This document shows, one piece after another, positions 1 through 8,387 of a DNA stretch of 13,721 nt (the first letter of the stretch is position 1; every line of letters begins with the position of its first letter). The translations under genes and the position numbers were made by a program. Under the pieces are notes generated by a model. It was not told the origin of the DNA. It did not search any database and saw nothing but the letters and a program-made list of their open reading frames with translations. Source of the stretch: a virus; the UHGV virus genome UHGV-0121712. One strand, written 5' to 3'.

Positions 1-660
1 CGATAATTCCAAGCATCATAATAACCCTGACCCTATCCAGCAATTATGTTTGGAAAAAGAAAGTGGGTTATCACCGTCGTTCAGTGGCAGAAACGGCGAT
101 GGTCAAAGCGCTAAACCAGATGACCGTGCTGGGTATGCCGGACAGCGTCCGCATCGCATAACGGGTGTTCCGGTAGGCGTCATCCTGTCTACTAACTCGG
201 GTTTATTCAATAAACTCCATAAAATTATTATGGTTACAGCCAATCTCGGGCAATGCACGTTGGAGTTGTTAGCATTTTTCTCCAAAGAAGGTATATTAAA
301 ACAGCATGATTAACCATTGTTCAACAAGGCTTGGCCAACCATTAAACTCCACCGTTCTGCTATCATTAATAATGTGCGTGATAGTATCGGAAACTCTATA
401 TGAAGCATAGCAACCACCATCATCAATCGATAGCTATTACCCTGTCTATTTTTCTGATTTCATCAGAATGCCCCCGTGGTATGTGATACAATGTTAAAAT
501 CTTCTTAACACCAATACGCCCTCAAGGAGTAATTGATTGAATTTATTACCTTTATTAGCAAATCTCACTTCAACTAATTTAAGCTCCGTTGTTTTAACTT
601 CGATTCCAGAAGGCATTGCTTTACTACACTCTTAACACTATCATTGCTCGCTATTTTGAA

Positions 661-1866
661 ATGATGAGGTTCAATAAATTGGAACAAAAAAAGAACAGAA
701 TCCTTTATTTTGATGGGTTACGCGGACTAATGGCTATAATTGTTGCTTATGGTCATTTTTTTGGTGAAACAAAGCTTTTTATGCTTTCACACTACCCAGA
801 GGCATTCCCTTATTGGCTTTCAAAATTCTACGAATTTACTGAAACGACACCATTCGTATTCACTATCAATGGTAATTTTGCTACTATAGTTTTTTTCATC
901 TTATCTGGCGCAATTCTTCTTGGCGCCTTCAAAGCAAATACAACATTTATAGCATCATTAATACGTCGTTTTATTCGACTTGGTGTTCCTGTATTTGCTT
1001 CCTGTATTATTGGATATATCTTAGTAAAATCTGGATTTCGTTATGATCACGATGAAAATGTAGCTTTCGATGAAGTAATAAAGCAAGGCATTCTTACGCT
1101 ATATACCACAGATTTTTCAACTAGATTTCTTAACCCTGTAATATGGTCAATGTCGACTGAGTTTATGGGCTCGCTGTTACTATTAATTGTTGTTCAGGTA
1201 GGAAGAAATAATTCAAGGCATGGCATTCTTTTATTATTTTTATTTACTATCTTTAGTTACGGATATTATGTGTTTTTTCTTCTCATTGGCGCATGGATAT
1301 CCATCTTGTTTGCCGACGAAAAAACAAGCAATTTATTTAACAACAAAGAAAAACACGTTATTACTTTGCTAATGATATTAGCTATAGTGATACTTCAAAG
1401 TTGCCCGGCATTCTATCCCTGGGGTTGGATTTTTATACCAGGGAACTATTTTGTTGCCCCATTAATAAACATGCAAGACTTATCGATTCCTGGGATGTTC
1501 CCTTACCACCCATACGAGTTTTTACGTGGTGTCGGTGCAATATTATTGCTAATTCTAGTAATATCCAGAGGATACATTCGCGATTTCCTATCCACTAAAC
1601 TTGTTCAATTTTTTGGGAAAATTTCTTTCTCTTTATACCTTGTTCACTGGTTAGTTCTTTCATCTGCAATAATGCCAATAAACCTATATGTATATATTCA
1701 TACAAATAACGTTTATTTAGCATACATTGCTTCCTTTTTAGTATTCGTCACTCTTTCTTTAATTGGTTCAATGATATTTTATCAATTAATAGAGAAAAAA
1801 TCAGTGATACTTAGCCGTACCGTAGGAAAAACCCTAGATAATTTTATCAGTAAAGCAAAAATATAA
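661..1866 (+). CDS. Integral-membrane acyltransferase, acyltransferase family 3 (OafA/Oac-like); likely O-acetylase of a surface polysaccharide
   Basis: 401-aa ORF from the first ATG (listed ORF starts at an upstream TTG at 616). N-terminal RILYFDGLRGLMAIIVAYGHF motif typical of acyltransferase family 3, many hydrophobic segments, strongly AT-rich codon usage unlike neighbouring genes, followed by an intrinsic terminator. Confidence 0.8.
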   Translation: MMRFNKLEQKKNRILYFDGLRGLMAIIVAYGHFFGETKLFMLSHYPEAFPYWLSKFYEFTETTPFVFTINGNFATIVFFILSGAILLGAFKANTTFIASLIRRFIRLGVPVFASCIIGYILVKSGFRYDHDENVAFDEVIKQGILTLYTTDFSTRFLNPVIWSMSTEFMGSLLLLIVVQVGRNNSRHGILLLFLFTIFSYGYYVFFLLIGAWISILFADEKTSNLFNNKEKHVITLLMILAIVILQSCPAFYPWGWIFIPGNYFVAPLINMQDLSIPGMFPYHPYEFLRGVGAILLLILVISRGYIRDFLSTKLVQFFGKISFSLYLVHWLVLSSAIMPINLYVYIHTNNVYLAYIASFLVFVTLSLIGSMIFYQLIEKKSVILSRTVGKTLDNFISKAKI

Positions 1867-1874
1867 CCACACAA

Positions 1875-1900
1875 GGCTCCCTAAAAAGGGAGCCTTTTTT
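1875..1900 (+). terminator. Rho-independent terminator of the acyltransferase gene
   Basis: GGCTCCC / TAAAAA loop / GGGAGCC followed by TTTTTT, 8 nt after the stop codon. Confidence 0.75.
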
Positions 1901-2084
1901 ATAATGGTTGATTATCGATTGGGTGATCTGGATGTAATTTTCAATCTGTTTTCGCCATCCTCAATACAGTTAAAAATAAGTACTGTAAACCAAAATACTG
2001 GATATAAAAAACAGGAATGCTGGTTGCTAAAAACTTATCTAGAAAAATTATCCGCCAGTTCTCACCTAGCGACTTATTATCCAA

Positions 2085-2252
2085 TCAACCTACGGCATGC
2101 TGAGGGAATTGCTTCCAAAAGTTTGTCAATCTCTCATCAGATTCATCAACTTCCCCCAAAAACTGGTAGTAATCCGGGTCTGCCGGGGATGCAAAAACAG
2201 AGACAATTTCTGTTTCTTTCTCATCAGAGAACTGCACATATACTGTTGACAT
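2085..2252 (-). CDS. Small protein at the tail-fibre assembly chaperone (gpG) position, possibly a truncated remnant
   Basis: Short ORF directly downstream of the tail-fibre gene. Coordinates use the internal Met (MSTVYVQF...); the listed ORF extends to 2327 but then overlaps the fibre gene by 58 nt. Much shorter than typical chaperones. Position-based call only. Confidence 0.3.
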   Translation of the reverse strand: MSTVYVQFSDEKETEIVSVFASPADPDYYQFLGEVDESDERLTNFWKQFPQHAVG

Positions 2253-2269
2253 TAATACCCCCCATGCCC

Positions 2270-3424
2270 CTAAATGGTATAACCATTGATACCAATGGTT
2301 GCCGTTGAAACTGCAGGTGTTGTCCATGAGAATTGGTAATAGATATTCTGGACAACAGGTAGTTGCATTTCGAAGTAGATATCGGTGCCAATGGCACCTG
2401 TTGTTCCGGCATAAGCCTGGAAGAAACCAACTCCGTTGCTATCTGATGCCATTACTAGCGTGGCCGCCCCGGCTCCGGCTCCTGAATTACAGAATGCATA
2501 ACCTGAGCATGATATGGCATTCTGCGGAACTGCTGCGCTCAATCCTATTGGGGCATATCCACCTGGGTTGCTGCTTGTGTTCAGCACGTCCACGCGCGGG
2601 ATGCAAAATTTTCGACCTCGCTGGTACCCATTCAGAAGCAAAGAGCCGCTTGTTGTTCTCCAGACGGATACGAGTGCGCTCGCCGTATATCCCGCTGGCA
2701 TGTTTGCACCGCCGTAGACTGTGGGCGCAACGACGGTTGTCGTGTTAACACCAAGTAATGCTGAGGTGTTGGTCGTTGGGTTGTAAATAAGGTAAATAGC
2801 AACCCAACCACTGGCAGGGGCTGCTCCTGTATCCATCCCGCCCGCCCCAGTCGTGGTGAGGTTGATAGTTTCGCTTACCGAACTTACACGGTACTGCTTG
2901 CCAGATAATGACTCACCAACAATAACCTGGTCAGCGGTGAATGTTGCTGATGCCGACGCTATTGCCACGCTCATTTTCTGGTTAACAGCCTGACCAACCA
3001 CGCCGGTGAATGATTCTCGCATCTTGAGGTAATCACTTAGCGGCGACCACCCAGCTGAAGAAGTATTAGGGTCGTTTGTGTTGTTGTTGATAGTGCTGAT
3101 ATAAATCGTTGCGCCGTCATCACTGATGAGAACAGCTCCAAGAGGATACCCTCCAACCGCCGTTGAAAAATCTGAGTCAAAAGCATTAAGAGCGCCTGCG
3201 CTAGACCATCTGCAAAGGGAAGACAACTCATACAAGATTTGATTCATGTCCTGCCCTTTGGGAGGAAGGCCCCCGGCAGATTTCAAAATCATTGTTATTG
3301 GTGGGAATCCTAAATCGTAGGATGCTGTATTATCTCCAGCTGGAGTTGTCGGCAGAAGATCCTCTCTTTGACCATTTACTCCAAAAGGTTTTGGTTGTTT
3401 TTTGGGTGAGTCAGAGCGATTCAT
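2270..3424 (-). CDS. Tail fibre protein (P2 gpH position)
   Basis: 384-aa ORF starting 2 nt after the upstream gene. N-terminal region (GFPPITMILKSAGGLPPKGQDMNQILYELS...) resembles tail-fibre N-terminal anchor domains as I recall them; C-terminal half is Gly/Ala/Thr/Ser/Asn-rich like receptor-binding fibre tips. Confidence 0.7.
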   Translation of the reverse strand: MNRSDSPKKQPKPFGVNGQREDLLPTTPAGDNTASYDLGFPPITMILKSAGGLPPKGQDMNQILYELSSLCRWSSAGALNAFDSDFSTAVGGYPLGAVLISDDGATIYISTINNNTNDPNTSSAGWSPLSDYLKMRESFTGVVGQAVNQKMSVAIASASATFTADQVIVGESLSGKQYRVSSVSETINLTTTGAGGMDTGAAPASGWVAIYLIYNPTTNTSALLGVNTTTVVAPTVYGGANMPAGYTASALVSVWRTTSGSLLLNGYQRGRKFCIPRVDVLNTSSNPGGYAPIGLSAAVPQNAISCSGYAFCNSGAGAGAATLVMASDSNGVGFFQAYAGTTGAIGTDIYFEMQLPVVQNIYYQFSWTTPAVSTATIGINGYTI

Positions 3425-3426
3425 AC

Positions 3427-4065
3427 TTAATTCCTATAAAATGTGCCATCATTAAACGGGTAGGCGTCAGATGAAAAACCGAAATAAGGACTAATAATTT
3501 TTCGAATATTTACCTGAACACCACTAGGAACTGACATTACTTCATAATTTGTGAGAATAGATTCCTCGTATGGTGCAAGTTCAAACTCGAATGTTATTCC
3601 AATGGTCATATCTCGATAATTCACACAGTATGCCCTTCCTCTTTGAAAAAATAATATCTTTAAAAACTTGTTGATTTCTGGAATCGTAGCAATACTTATG
3701 TTCGTAAACGCTTTGCAAAATATGAGTGTTCTGTAAGCCTCGTCACTCAATCTAACATTTGTTGTCTCCTGTGCTCCTCCAAAAAAAGGAGAGTTGTTGA
3801 ACGGAGCGGGGTAATTTGGTTCTGCATTATCAGCTTCACTGAATCCGAAGGAATTGGTCTCTATAGGTGAGTTAATATAGCGACTTATCCCTACTATTTT
3901 CCCCCACATATCCAGGCCGAATGTATCACAGGTAGTCAAATCCCATACTTTTTTAATAAACTCATCAGTGAAATCATCAAGGCTAATTGCCTGATTAAAG
4001 GTATCAATGATGGATAGTAATTTTTTGCTTGCAGAGTACTGGGTAAGAATTGTGTCCTCCCACAT
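3427..4065 (-). CDS. Baseplate / tail-fibre-proximal protein (P2 gpI position)
   Basis: 212-aa ORF between the J-like gene and the fibre gene; RBS-like GGGGGA upstream. Assignment by synteny, not clear sequence recognition. Confidence 0.55.
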   Translation of the reverse strand: MWEDTILTQYSASKKLLSIIDTFNQAISLDDFTDEFIKKVWDLTTCDTFGLDMWGKIVGISRYINSPIETNSFGFSEADNAEPNYPAPFNNSPFFGGAQETTNVRLSDEAYRTLIFCKAFTNISIATIPEINKFLKILFFQRGRAYCVNYRDMTIGITFEFELAPYEESILTNYEVMSVPSGVQVNIRKIISPYFGFSSDAYPFNDGTFYRN

Positions 4066-4075
4066 ACATTTCCCC

Positions 4076-5305
4076 CTACGATAATGTAACAGTGATATCT
4101 GATTCCTGAATGGTTGGAACCTGGTCTATGCCCATAGTCACAGCCGGTCCGTATAGTGAACCATCGAGAGAAACTTCAAGAGACAAAATTCCAACTGTAT
4201 CAGGAGATATTGAAATAACAGGGGCATAGTATTTACCAGCATTTATCGTCGAACCAATTCGTGCCTTTCCAATACCCTCATATCCTCCATTGAACACAGT
4301 GACAATCATTTCCTTTACTTGTTTAGTAATATCACTTGGGGGATTTAGTGAAGCATCGACATTTACCTTAAAGTAAACCCGCGTAGGTGATGCCTTTTGC
4401 CATTGCATTACATAAGATGGATATGGCGGCATGTAATTAACGTTATCGTAAACAGTGAACGTTGTATTACCATTCATATTGGCCCCGGGGTTATAAGTAT
4501 TGAATATTGACTCAGCAACATCCGTATCAGCCCCGCCATAAACACAAATATAAACAGAATGCGCAAGAATCGGGAAATTCGTTGTTCCTTTATTTACTGT
4601 TTCTGCAGTTCTGTTTGACCATACGTAAGCATCAAGCACACCATCAGTCGCAAGTAACGCGGCTAATGTAGATGCGTCCTGATTTCGACTGTTTCTGGCA
4701 ACTGATTGTCTCCGGCGAGTTTCAAAGGCGATCCGTGATTCAACATCAACACCAACGACTCCAGGGCTAGTATTATTTACAGCATCCCACCCGGAAACGG
4801 CTCGATAAATCTGGTTCAGTGAACCTGCGGCACACGGAATCGGCCCGGTTGTTGTGTTGACAAACTGCACATCAACAGAGCCTGATGAGGGTATTACAGC
4901 ATTATCAATTGACTGATATATATACCCGCTCGTATCCACAGCGGTACTCCCTGCTGGTATTGTTGTTCCAACCTGACCAATGCATGTTGCTGTAACAACT
5001 GTCCCCTGAGCAGCGATCCGCTCCATAAAGTAAATCCGACCAATCCCGTCCTGGAATCTGCCGGTTGAAAAGTCAGGGTTAATTTGATTAAACAAACAAA
5101 GAAGCTTGTCGTATTCCTGAGCGATAATTTCAGTGTCAGACTGGGCGATCTGCCCTTGCGGTGAACTCAGTGACTGACTTGCGCCACCGCCAAGGGCCGT
5201 TGACATGTCTGTAAGTCTTCCCGCCAATACATCTGCTATATCGGGGACTGAAAGACCGTTTTCAGTGATGGTTACATCAGGAACAGCCGTATTTAATGTC
5301 GTCAT
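4076..5305 (-). CDS. Baseplate J-like protein (P2 gpJ / T4 gp6 position)
   Basis: 409-aa ORF; ATG overlaps the stop of the upstream gene (ATGA); size and position consistent with the baseplate J family. Confidence 0.65.
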   Translation of the reverse strand: MTTLNTAVPDVTITENGLSVPDIADVLAGRLTDMSTALGGGASQSLSSPQGQIAQSDTEIIAQEYDKLLCLFNQINPDFSTGRFQDGIGRIYFMERIAAQGTVVTATCIGQVGTTIPAGSTAVDTSGYIYQSIDNAVIPSSGSVDVQFVNTTTGPIPCAAGSLNQIYRAVSGWDAVNNTSPGVVGVDVESRIAFETRRRQSVARNSRNQDASTLAALLATDGVLDAYVWSNRTAETVNKGTTNFPILAHSVYICVYGGADTDVAESIFNTYNPGANMNGNTTFTVYDNVNYMPPYPSYVMQWQKASPTRVYFKVNVDASLNPPSDITKQVKEMIVTVFNGGYEGIGKARIGSTINAGKYYAPVISISPDTVGILSLEVSLDGSLYGPAVTMGIDQVPTIQESDITVTLS

Positions 5306-5661
5306 AAGGTGGCCTGTGCAATATTACCATTGATATCTGTAACGCGGATTGTCCCGCGAGTTGTGCGTGTATTCTTGTCAAAGAAAACTGACGCCAGAGC
5401 ATCCTCAACAACGGGTAATTTGAGTGCTTCAGCCTGCATTTTCTGAGCAATAAAACCAGGAGATGGTCGCCTGCCAAGAACTTCTGCCTTCCATGGGATC
5501 CCAAGTGTATTGTCGTAATAACACTCTCCTGAAAACACCAGGCATGCACTGGCGACATCCTGAGCAACAGAATATGATTCTTCTGCGATCGCCAGATTGC
5601 CATTTCCGTCAAGCGTCAAGTCCCACGTAGAAGTGTCCAGCTGCATAGTTCTGTATGTCAT
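5302..5661 (-). CDS. Small baseplate wedge protein (P2 gpW / gp25 position)
   Basis: 119-aa ORF, ATGA-coupled on both sides, between the spike and J-like genes. Confidence 0.55.
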   Translation of the reverse strand: MTYRTMQLDTSTWDLTLDGNGNLAIAEESYSVAQDVASACLVFSGECYYDNTLGIPWKAEVLGRRPSPGFIAQKMQAEALKLPVVEDALASVFFDKNTRTTRGTIRVTDINGNIAQATL

Positions 5662-6350
5662 GTCGGTTTATCCGTTGCATTGGAATTTATTGTTGACCCA
5701 CCACTTTGTATTCCTGAAACAGAATGTTTGTGATTGTTATAGTTGTCCCTTAAATTTTTAACAGTAGATGACTGTGAGTCTGCGTTATCCTGAATATTGC
5801 CACTAACTTTAAGTAAAGGCGTATTCATGTTGACTCCATCAGGAGCATCAATATTTAACGATGAGCATTTGATATTTAGTGGGTTAGGCGTGGTTATATT
5901 TATTGCACCGTCAGCGAATTCAATGAATTGAGTAGGTGAAATGTTTAATACCCCACCAAGATAAATCGCATCCGATTTACTGTGTCGTCTTTTGCTTCCA
6001 GGTACTGATTCTTTACGATTTTTTCTTACCAGTGATGTGTCTTTGTCGCATACCGCAATCAGACCAATATCACCTGCCACAGGGTCCATAATTACAGCGC
6101 TGTTTCCTCTCTGCAACCGCCATACGGGAAGATCATATAAAACCGAGTTGGAAATCATTTTTCCTGTACGGTCTGTTCTGGTTAGTAAAGGAAGAACATC
6201 AACAACTAAATCTGGTGCTTCCCCTCTGACTTCCTGAACTTTCGCTAACTCAATGAAGAAATATCCAGACATCAGCATCTCAAAAATATATTCCTGAGAT
6301 TGAGCCTCACTTACCTGAGCAGGCGTTGGAGTAAATAGTTGCTTATCCAT
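5658..6350 (-). CDS. Baseplate spike protein, gpV-like
   Basis: 230 aa from the internal Met MDKQLF... (listed ORF starts at an earlier Met inside the upstream gene). C-terminal NHKHSVSGIQSGGS resembles the P2 gpV apex motif (HTHKHPGDSGG) as I recall it. Start overlaps the upstream stop by 8 nt. Confidence 0.7.
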   Translation of the reverse strand: MDKQLFTPTPAQVSEAQSQEYIFEMLMSGYFFIELAKVQEVRGEAPDLVVDVLPLLTRTDRTGKMISNSVLYDLPVWRLQRGNSAVIMDPVAGDIGLIAVCDKDTSLVRKNRKESVPGSKRRHSKSDAIYLGGVLNISPTQFIEFADGAINITTPNPLNIKCSSLNIDAPDGVNMNTPLLKVSGNIQDNADSQSSTVKNLRDNYNNHKHSVSGIQSGGSTINSNATDKPT

Positions 6351-7332
6351 TATTCTGTTGCGCCTCTGCTCTTTGTTCCGCTGTTCTGGCGGCAATACAT
6401 ATTGAGTGCCATGAACCATTTGGCATCCATGATGATAATTCATGCCGAACGGAGGTTAACTTATACCTTCCGCTTGCATGTGGTAGTTCTGTTTTGATAT
6501 CCACATATCTTCCAATGCAAAGGAGAGATGAATATTGCGTCTGAAACATCAGCCCCCCATTTGAAAATACAGGATATCCAACAAGTCCGTATTCTCTGGA
6601 TATAAACGGAATTACATCATCTCTGTTTTTTTCTGAAGGCCAGAACTCTACTTTTGCAGGTGGCGTAGCTGACATTGCCAGTCCATAATCTGAACAGACT
6701 CTATAAAGTTGCTCAAAAACACTTCCTTCAAAATGCGGACTTCCTGATGTTGTCATCCCTTTTACATTATTAAACACAGCTTCATAACCTGCACTTGCAC
6801 AAATGGATGAGATGACATCTTCAACACTTTGCGCCCCCTGTGCTGTAAACGGGCTTGCTGGCATGTTCTGCAAATCAACATTAGAAGAAGCTGTTATCAT
6901 CAGGCTGCTTTCAGGAGCAGAATTCATGTTTGCTATTGATGAAAGCATCGTGCCAGAGAAAACAAGAGAATCATCGGCAAATACTTCAACATTTAGCTTC
7001 TGCCCTTCTCCAATAATACCATCAGCCTTCCCTGATATATCAGCAAGCCTTTCAATTCCTAACCCGTAAAGAGATATATCAGCCTGAGCGCCTCCCCGAC
7101 CGGTAACAAAGTTCAGGGATACTGTTGACTTAACATTTCTGATGGAGATTTTATTGTTCCCATTTTTATCAAATGCTGATGATTCATTCGTGAAGTCAAA
7201 CCGAAGACTGTGATTTTTATACAAGCTCGTTTTCCTCGATGTAGTACAGCAAGTAACGGCTACCCAAGCCTTCCCATTGCGGATCCGATTCCCCATCATT
7301 ATCAATGAAAATAAGGTCTCCCTTAAATCCAA
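6343..7332 (-). CDS. Tail or baseplate structural protein, possibly a hub component; true start uncertain
   Basis: 329-aa ORF in the coupled structural operon; its 5' end overlaps the upstream ORF by 116 nt in another frame. Confidence 0.45.
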   Translation of the reverse strand: MDLRETLFSLIMMGNRIRNGKAWVAVTCCTTSRKTSLYKNHSLRFDFTNESSAFDKNGNNKISIRNVKSTVSLNFVTGRGGAQADISLYGLGIERLADISGKADGIIGEGQKLNVEVFADDSLVFSGTMLSSIANMNSAPESSLMITASSNVDLQNMPASPFTAQGAQSVEDVISSICASAGYEAVFNNVKGMTTSGSPHFEGSVFEQLYRVCSDYGLAMSATPPAKVEFWPSEKNRDDVIPFISREYGLVGYPVFSNGGLMFQTQYSSLLCIGRYVDIKTELPHASGRYKLTSVRHELSSWMPNGSWHSICIAARTAEQRAEAQQNNG

Positions 7333-7519
7333 GGTAGGAATATCTTACCATCTTATTCCCATACAGACATGGAACGCCCTGCATAATTGGGACTTCATTA
7401 ACAGTTAAATCCATGTACATAAAACTCTGTCGCTGAACAAGTTTTATATTACATTGCTGACCAGACAGACTTACCGAAATGGACTGAGATTTGCTGGGAA
7501 GAACAGATACTGTAATCAT
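7217..7519 (-). CDS. Small structural-operon protein, or 5' part of a frameshifted gene continuing into 6343..7332
   Basis: 100-aa ORF whose ATG overlaps the upstream stop (ATGA). Confidence 0.4.
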   Translation of the reverse strand: MITVSVLPSKSQSISVSLSGQQCNIKLVQRQSFMYMDLTVNEVPIMQGVPCLYGNKMVRYSYLGFKGDLIFIDNDGESDPQWEGLGSRYLLYYIEENELV

Positions 7520-8331
7520 GTACTCGCCTTAACTATATTTTTTGCAATATCTGCCGCTTTTTTTGTTGCGCTGTTTGTGACTTCGAGTATTGGTTTGGAT
7601 ACCGTATCAAGAGCACTCTGGAATTCAGTCTTGATTGTGTCGGAGATTTTTCCAGTGATTTCGCCAACAGATGACTTCAGTGATGACCATGATTTACTTA
7701 GCTCATCGACAGTAGATTCCCTGGCTCCGCCATTGGTTATTTGCGGATCAACTCCTACACCTCCCTGTGACTTATTGTTATCCGTTGGCTTCTGTTCTGA
7801 CTGAGATCCAGAGAGGATAACCTCCATTTGCTGAATGACCTCCTGAAAATCAAGATAAACCGTCAGAAGAGTCACCCCTTTTTGAGAGTTAACTTCGTAA
7901 TAGTGGTCAACAAGGTCGAAACTCTCCAGAGTTTCCTTTGGCGTTTCAATATCGTATGTTTTTGCAGAGGACAGCATCATTTTGATTGTGTTCAGCGTGC
8001 TGTTCTGGCTTGTGAATGTGAGATCGAAAATATTCGGGATGTTGCCGGAAAAACCAGTAAGACCATTTACGATGATTGCGCATCTTACCCTGGCGGGTTC
8101 TTTAACTTTGTTGATGGACTGGTATTTCCCTTTCTCCACCGGAGCGTTTGTTATTTGCGCCCTGCCACTTGGCTGCACGGATGCCATACCACTGAACTCA
8201 AGAGCAACCTCGCCAGTTTCCCTGTCACGAATCACATACTGAGGATGCAGAACGCTGTCGATGATCGAAAGCGGAGAGCCACCACCGATAGCATTGAATA
8301 TGTCTGCTGTGTTTAAATCGATTATGCCCAT
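7516..8331 (-). CDS. First gene of the structural operon, function unknown
   Basis: 271-aa ORF with GGAGAG RBS immediately after the upstream terminator; C-terminal region rich in Ser/Thr/Lys with coiled-coil character; ATGA-coupled to the next gene. Confidence 0.5.
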   Translation of the reverse strand: MGIIDLNTADIFNAIGGGSPLSIIDSVLHPQYVIRDRETGEVALEFSGMASVQPSGRAQITNAPVEKGKYQSINKVKEPARVRCAIIVNGLTGFSGNIPNIFDLTFTSQNSTLNTIKMMLSSAKTYDIETPKETLESFDLVDHYYEVNSQKGVTLLTVYLDFQEVIQQMEVILSGSQSEQKPTDNNKSQGGVGVDPQITNGGARESTVDELSKSWSSLKSSVGEITGKISDTIKTEFQSALDTVSKPILEVTNSATKKAADIAKNIVKAST

Positions 8332-8342
8332 CTACTCTCCAT

Positions 8343-8369
8343 TAAACAAAAACCCAGCCGAAGCTGGGT
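8343..8369 (-). terminator. Rho-independent terminator after the antirepressor gene
   Basis: On the minus strand: ACCCAGC / TTCG loop / GCTGGGT followed by TTTTTGTTT, between the ant stop (8388) and the next start (8331). Confidence 0.75.
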
Positions 8370-8387
8370 CGTTGCGTTGGTTATCTG

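Noticed and set aside
50-313. 87-aa plus-strand ORF and overlapping 60-aa minus-strand ORF (103..285)
   Set aside because: Non-ATG start, no RBS, mutually overlapping, and they span the GC-rich to AT-rich transition; the third frame (3..161) looks more protein-like but cannot be confirmed.
1401-1598. 65-aa ORF inside the acyltransferase gene
   Set aside because: Alternative frame within a well-supported membrane-protein gene.
1904-2308. 134-aa plus-strand ORF downstream of the acyltransferase terminator
   Set aside because: Begins inside the terminator T-tract, runs antisense through the small minus-strand ORF and the fibre 3' end, and has no RBS; most likely spurious.
2299-3231. Plus-strand ORFs 2299..2748, 2514..2717 and 3037..3231, and minus-strand ORF 2224..2430
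   Set aside because: All lie antisense to, or out of frame within, the tail-fibre gene, which has a coherent coupled-operon context; 2299..2748 starts at TTG; composition looks like shadow frames of a GC-biased coding region.
5277-5612. 111-aa minus-strand ORF overlapping the gpW-position gene
   Set aside because: Alternate frame of the 119-aa gene, which has the ATGA coupling on both sides.
5992-8316. Plus-strand ORFs 5992..6237, 6803..7069, 7454..7804, 7828..8316 and 7982..8242
   Set aside because: All antisense to the coupled structural operon, without RBS or partner genes.
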